Source: Gordius albopunctatus (lineage: Eukaryota). From it: a DNA stretch of 64,000 bases. The translations under genes were made by a program, and so were the position numbers. A model generated the notes under the pieces. The model was not told where the DNA came from. It ran no database searches and saw only the letters and a list, made by a program, of their open reading frames with translations. Of this stretch, positions 61,518-64,000 are shown in pieces; position 1 is the first letter of the stretch; each line of letters opens with the position of its first letter. The stretch covers positions 3,534,001 to 3,598,000 of the forward strand of contig OZ193909.1 of assembly GCA_964276515.1 (NCBI GenBank), written 5' to 3'.

Positions 61518-64000
61518 ATGCCCATCGAATTTAAATTAACTCAAAATAAAAACCCAATTTTAGTCTTAGGGGAATATGAATATACCCAAACTAAAGTTGG
61601 CAAAAAATTGCAACTTTATTTTAAGTGCCGAACAAAGAAATGCCAAGGACGAGGCATATACCAAAATGCTGATTTCCATATAACTCAAGAACACTCAGAT
61701 ATTCCTCACAAAAGTATATTTATAATAATTTTTTTATCATGGTGTATTTAGTCTATCCCAAAATAAATATAAATGAAACTCATATACAAATCAATCCAAT
61801 TGAAGCACCTACATCACTAGTTGTTTCTAGGTCACCCCTGGAAACACTTAACATGAAAAATATATCTTGTAAGTAAATAGTTTAGTCGTTAGATCAACTA
61901 TTTTAGGTTTTATAAATCGTGTACGAGCAAATTCAATAAATCCTCAAACTATTAGAGGTACTTCAAGCGAATATACACCTTCAATTTAAATATATTGTGA
62001 ATTATATATTTTTTATAGGACAAGCCTCTCTATCTTCCATGACAATTGATAACAATATCTCAAATAATATTATGTCTTTTTCAAGTAAAAATATTTCAAA
62101 TATATTTAATTTTTAATAAAGGGCCAATAAACATACTGGCTGAATCAACACTTGATAACCTTACTCCTACATCAAGTAAAGTTTATTATTTAAAGGATTT
62201 AATGTATAAATATATAAATCCTCAAACTATTAGAGGTACTTCAAGCGAATATACACCTTCAATTTAAATATATTGTGAATTATATATTTTTTATAGGACA
62301 AGCCTCTCTATCTTCCATGACAATTGATAACAATATCTCAAATAATATTATGTCTTTTTCAAGTAAAAATATTTCAAATATATTTAATTTTTAATAAAGG
62401 GCCAATAAACATACTGGCTGAATCAACACTTGATAACCTTACTCCTACATCAAGTAAAGTTTATTATTTAAAAGATTTAATGTATAATAAATATAAGGTT
62501 CTCTTGAAGATGCTCAGATATTATTGGATGCTTTCCAAATAATCCAGACAAATAACCAAAGTAATATTCTTTTAATGTAAATTATATCACAGTTTTTAGT
62601 CAATGCTCCGGAGTTTTTGCCGTCAAACAATGGAACTTTGCTTTATTTTGAAAACTATCTTTACCGTAGAAATATGGAAAAGAATGATAGAGTTTACTAC
62701 GGATGCCGCAAACTGTCATGTTCTGGCAGAGTCAAAGAGGTTTTGGGAATTTTTTCTCAATTGCGTCCCCACAATCACGCGCCCCCTATTGGGGAATATG
62801 AAAAAATAATCACTAACATTGCATTAAAAAATGGGGTTCTGGATGACCCTAAAGAAAGGATCAGCAAGATATATTACAAAGTCATAGCGGAGAGGCTGAG
62901 GGACAATCCTGACATCAGGGACCATCCCGAAGCCACCCCACTGTTAAGGTCTGTTAAAAAAAAGCTAAAAAAAATGGATCCATTCAGGTACGACACGCCT
63001 AAGGATAATGACGACATTATCCTTAGGCCGCATCATTTCAAAACTCATGGTGGCGAAAACTTTTTGCTCTGGAACGAGGAAAATAGGATTTTTATTTTTG
63101 GGACAGCCGACCTATTAAAAATAATGTGTGAATCCAAAAATATTTATGGTGACGGTACCTTTAAATGTTGCCCCCAACATTTTACTCAGGTATTTACATT
63201 TTTATAATATATCCGTAACGTTTTTTTTAGATTTATACAATTCATTCTTATTACCGGGAGCACATGGTTCCGGTAGTATATACACTTCTGCCTGATAAAA
63301 CCGAAGATACTTATAAGAAAGTGTTCAGGAAACTTATTCAGATTTGTGCTACCTTGCAGCTAGTTTTCGCCCCAAACTATGCACAGGTTGATTTTGAACG
63401 GGCAAGCATCGAGGCATTGGAAGCCTGTTTCCCTAATATTATTATAAAGGGTAAAATTTAATGTTTTGTTTATATAAGTTTTAGGTTGCTTGTTTCATTT
63501 TGGCCAGGCGATCTATCGACACGCTGGGTCTGGCAAAATGAAGACTCTTTATTCATCAAACGCTGATTTCAAGCGCAGCGTTCGTCGTCTTTTAGCATTA
63601 CCATTTGTGAAGAGAGGACACATCCGCGATGTCATGACCCATTGCATGGTCCAGCCCAATGTGCGCGGCGATAGAGAAATTGAGAATTTTTTTCTGTACA
63701 TCCACAATACCTGGGTTGGGCTTGAGAGGGACCCTTTGTTCCCCTATGATATGTGGCAACGGCTTGATGCAGAGGGGCCCCGTACCAACAACCACCTAGA
63801 AGGGTTTCATAATGCTCTTAGAAGTGGGCTTAAACAAACCCACCCTACTATTTATGTGTTTGTTGATTTCCTGCAAGACCTGCAAGAAAAGACTAATGTT
63901 GATTTACTACACATCTCTCAGGGCAAGAGAGTTTATGAAACAAATAAAAAATACGCTTCTATAAATTATCATATAAATCGTCTTATAGCACAATATACAA
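61518..64000 (+). CDS. Spliced Mutator-like (MULE) transposase with two FLYWCH-type zinc fingers, running off the window
   Basis: Exons 61518-61713, 61752-61868, 61907-61957, 62019-62084, 62122-62175, 62297-62362, 62400-62453, 62498-62560, 62600-63189, 63231-63450 and 63485-64000 join in frame. Motifs YGDGTFK, VDFERA, GCLFHFGQA, RTNNHLEGFH. The linker exons are less certain than the catalytic ones. Confidence 0.85.
61937..62490. repeat. Direct tandem duplication, 278-bp period
   Basis: Two near-identical copies; ORF-track twins at 62046 and 62324. Confidence 0.93.

Overview
AT-rich eukaryotic DNA, most likely an invertebrate animal (EGF-module gene, GT-AG introns as short as 33-61 nt), with one 200-N gap at 39642-39841. 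I can support one host gene, which the ORF track misses. It is an 8-exon, ~234-aa secreted protein made only of Cys-rich EGF/laminin-EGF-like modules (4240-11435, +, all introns phase 1). Almost everything else is transposable element, often nested several layers deep: RTE LINEs, CRE-type non-LTR fragments, four Ty3/Gypsy elements and two solo LTRs, Helitrons, a Helentron/DINE-1-like family with modular hairpin repeats and tRNA B-boxes, hAT MITEs and a deleted piggyBac. Two DNA transposase genes look intact once spliced: a BED-hAT (37633-39641, -) and a double-FLYWCH Mutator (61518 to beyond 64000, +). Each sits next to a homogeneous tandem array (119 bp x7 and 145 bp x9). All calls were made by eye from motifs, TSDs and splice phases; no searches were run.
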